IMG/VR virus record: IMGVR_UViG_3300042505_001288
DNA length: 20,000 bases
Reading direction: 5' to 3' (one strand)
Origin: an uncultured virus (IMG/VR IMGVR_UViG_3300042505_001288)
Taxonomy: Duplodnaviria; Heunggongvirae; Uroviricota; Caudoviricetes
Shown: piece after piece, positions 18,901 to 20,000 of the stretch
How positions within the stretch are numbered: position 1 is the first letter of the stretch
Layout: the number at the start of each line of letters is the position of its first letter
Notes under the pieces: model-generated
The model's input: only the letters and a program-made list of their open reading frames with translations
Told to the model about the DNA's origin: nothing
Database searches by the model: none
Translations under genes and position numbers: made by a program

Positions 18901-19921
18901 TTATGGGGTTGGTGATACAACTGGTGGTGCATTGGTGTTTAAAACGAATACAAGTAATACTGGAACTAGTACAGAACGTATGCGTATCGACAGTTCTGGC
19001 AACCTTGGCTTGGGTGTTACGCCGAGTGCTTGGGTAACTGCAGCGCCTGCGCTGCAAATGAAAAACGGCTCACTGAGTTCTTTGAGTGGCCCTTACGGTC
19101 AAGTCAACTTGACAAGCAACGCATACGCAAGCGACAGCTCAGACATTGGCTTTACGACATGGCGCTACGCTCGTGGCGATACCGGGGATTTGGGTGCTGC
19201 TGCGCGGTACACAATGACTGGCTCTGGGCACTCATGGCACATTGCCGCAGGTGGATTAGCAGGCAACGCCATCAGCTTTACTCAGGCTATGACGCTGGAT
19301 GCGAGTGGGAATTTAGGGATTGGTACCACCACGCCAGGTGCTAAATTAGAAGTTAATGGAGCAGTTAGATTCCCATCAGTAGGAACAAGTGGTATAATTG
19401 GATTAGGGGCTAGTGGTGCATTAAGTTCAGTAACAATTGGATCAGGATTAAGTTTAACAGCTGGGACATTGACTGCATCTGCATCGGTAAGTGTATCAGA
19501 TGATACAGCAACTAATGCAACATATTATCCTGTATTTTCCACTACAACAAGTGGTGCCCCAACATTAAAAGTATCATCAACAAAATTGCAGTTTATACCA
19601 AGTACTGGTACATTATATGCTACAATATTTCAATCATTATCTGATAAATCATTGAAAACCAATGTCGAATCCATTGTAGATCCATATGCTGTATTAGAAT
19701 TAGAAGGTGTTAAATATGATTGGGTTGATGGAAGTGGTACACAATACGGTTTTATAGCTCAAGATGTTGAAAAAATTATTCCTGAATTAGTTGGGTTTAA
19801 TGGCGATTATAAAAGCGTTAATTATAATGGTATTATACCATTCTTAGTTGAAACTGTTAAAAAACAACAATCTGTTATTGATAGTTTAATCGCTCGTATA
19901 GAAAAATTGGAGAATAAATAA
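15950..19921 (+). CDS. Long tail fibre protein (1323 aa) with beta-propeller repeats and a C-terminal intramolecular chaperone (peptidase S74-type)
   Basis: N-terminal DKNIVITPN...GQLFSITNSLSGSIFSVNDVSGIPSIEV, repeated GN(V/L)GIG fibre joints and 52-aa propeller repeats. Also PYLDFNSG...DYDTRI and VTNLNADTLDGYHAS. C-terminal SDKSLKTNV...GFIAQDVEKIIPELV...VNYNGIIPFLVETVK followed by a coiled coil. Confidence 0.92.
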   Translation: MALTDKNIVITPNIGQTADPTIIFSGADSTTTAQNISLSVYPASNGTLSFDGSSGQLFSITNSLSGSIFSVNDVSGIPSIEVLDTGAVKLAQYGGNVGIGVATPGEKLEISGNVKISGTTETLTKTSTIDGWTYSGKSISVSAQESNYRGLSFSSDGTKMYLVGQTNDSVYQYTLSTPFDVSTATYASKSFSVLAQDTASTSIFFKTDGLAFYVLGDTVDTVFQYTLSTAWDISTATYATKSFSVTTQETAPSGLGISPDGTKMYVIGTTNDTVYQYTLSTAWDVSTAAYATKSFSVTTFDGTPTGIEFNADGTKMYVVGSGYDCIIEYTLSTAWDVSTAVYTDRLLISNGISVINPLGLSIANAPHDIYTDFSNNVAYIFDLNTQRVFQYTTNTTPLKVSGNKLVVSPLTYFKNDIETLGSIRALGFLEVTNGAILSSTLNVGGTLTASGSLVASSTITLSGATTSATTIGTTATTGTTTIGGTSQTGTITVGQSTGAQTLNIANGATLTATTKTVNIGTSGVSGSTTNINIGSAVSGATSSTTNNGALSVTGTLTATSVITLSGATTSATTIGTTATTGTTTIGGTSQTGLITLGQSTATHTLNIDAGATISGATKSIAIGTGGVSGSTTNISIGSNVSGATNNITINGSTTIVSATSRVGISTDSGGSISLGRIDNTASSPYLDFNSGATTVDYDTRIIATSGNGATGNGTLAIYTGSVGIGTIGSTIAGAVHIRRDVDGVTNTIIQNRNATGTPLSALTFISGAFDYADDRYAQIVSGGGSSNYLAFKVSNGATPSEKLRIAPSGNILIGTSTDDSTGLLQVNGTITGTTLKSTVAIGTAPFTVSSTTLVTNLNADTLDGYHASSFLTAEADTLQSVTGRGATSSVSTISLTAATASTTTGTGTLVVTGGVGIGGDTYVGGNLVVTGTITGSNLTSTIDLTPANTSGVQQGIRLYDAGTGSGEGLYIQWESASRSDAAQIYGVGDTTGGALVFKTNTSNTGTSTERMRIDSSGNLGLGVTPSAWVTAAPALQMKNGSLSSLSGPYGQVNLTSNAYASDSSDIGFTTWRYARGDTGDLGAAARYTMTGSGHSWHIAAGGLAGNAISFTQAMTLDASGNLGIGTTTPGAKLEVNGAVRFPSVGTSGIIGLGASGALSSVTIGSGLSLTAGTLTASASVSVSDDTATNATYYPVFSTTTSGAPTLKVSSTKLQFIPSTGTLYATIFQSLSDKSLKTNVESIVDPYAVLELEGVKYDWVDGSGTQYGFIAQDVEKIIPELVGFNGDYKSVNYNGIIPFLVETVKKQQSVIDSLIARIEKLENK
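16346..17125 (+). repeat. Four 156-bp (52 aa) beta-propeller-blade repeats plus a degenerate fifth
   Basis: Consensus KSFSV..Q...P.G..F..DGTKMYV.G...D.VYQYTLSTAWDVSTA. The (c/g)aatatac anchors fall at 16463, 16619, 16775 and 16931 (exact 156-bp period). Confidence 0.92.
17330..17725 (+). repeat. 87-bp perfect direct repeat (17330-17416 and 17639-17725), offset 309 bp
   Basis: ttaagcggtgcaaccactagtgcaacaacaattggaactacagcaacaactggaacaacaactattggcggaacaagtcaaactggt occurs twice without mismatch (LSGATTSATTIGTTATTGTTTIGGTSQTG). Confidence 0.95.
18977..19336 (+). other. High-GC in-frame fibre module of probable foreign origin
   Basis: Hand count gives 184 G+C in 330 nt (18981-19310, ~56%) versus 27-40% in three nearby 60-nt lines counted. 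Rich in GCG/CTG/ACG/GGC/CGC codons that are rare elsewhere in the window. Confidence 0.9.
19640..19921 (+). other. Peptidase S74-type auto-cleaving chaperone domain; putative catalytic Ser1231 and Lys1236
   Basis: The S-D-K-S-L-K motif begins at 19640, followed by G(F)IAQ(D/E)V and the VNY...P.LV motif, as in endosialidase/tail-fibre C-terminal chaperones. Confidence 0.85.
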
Positions 19922-20000
19922 TGTCAGGGTTTAATTCACCTTTAACTGGTGATTTTGACAAATATTTCATGACTACTACCGATCTAATTGATCGGTATGC
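19921..20000 (+). CDS. Start of next gene, 3'-truncated (MSGFNSPLTGDFDKYFMTTTDLIDRY...), product unknown
   Basis: The ATG overlaps the upstream TAA (TAATG), as at 12754. GGAG lies at 19909-19912, and the frame is open to the window end. Confidence 0.7.
   Translation, partial: MSGFNSPLTGDFDKYFMTTTDLIDRY

Noticed and set aside
436..19344. Short alternative-frame + strand ORFs (436..648, 7765..7986, 8863..9246, 10390..10620, 15922..16134, 16605..16991, 18801..19037, 19030..19344)
   Set aside because: They overlap or are nested in well-supported long CDSs and mostly read as Leu/Gln-rich frame-shift artefacts. 19030..19344 is open only because the high-GC block has few stop codons.
19913..19920. 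AATAAATA as a late promoter
   Set aside because: It is just the Asn-Lys-stop codons and directly abuts the next ATG, leaving no room for a transcript leader.
1..20000. Stop-codon reassignment (no gene ends in TAG)
   Set aside because: All long genes are intact under the standard bacterial code and tile the window. The absence of TAG among nine stops is unremarkable in an AT-rich genome.

Overview
AT-rich (roughly one-third GC, by eye), fully + strand, tightly packed late/structural region of a large T4-like (myovirus-type) bacteriophage. It has nine long CDSs plus the start of a tenth, joined by short spacers or stop/start overlaps. (N)ATAAATA late-promoter motifs precede three genes, and one palindromic terminator abuts a perfect TATAAATA. 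The genes encode virion structural and fibre proteins: two helical-repeat proteins, two very large Thr/Gly/Ser-rich fibres, a short fibre, three tandem LamG/concanavalin-A-like paralogs, and a long fibre with a beta-propeller and a C-terminal S74 intramolecular chaperone. The most striking signal is in the first two genes, which carry five ~160-177 aa helical repeats. Their core C-x-R-D-(x14)-G-G matches, in exact register, the bilin-attachment motif of phycobiliproteins (Cys84/Arg86/Asp87), suggesting possibly chromophore-binding, globin-fold virion proteins. Other signals are nested domain insertions at equivalent loops of paralogous domains, a ~56% GC module spliced in frame into the last fibre gene, and an 87-bp perfectly identical repeat inside an otherwise diverged duplication. 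All family assignments come from motif recognition by eye; no searches were run.
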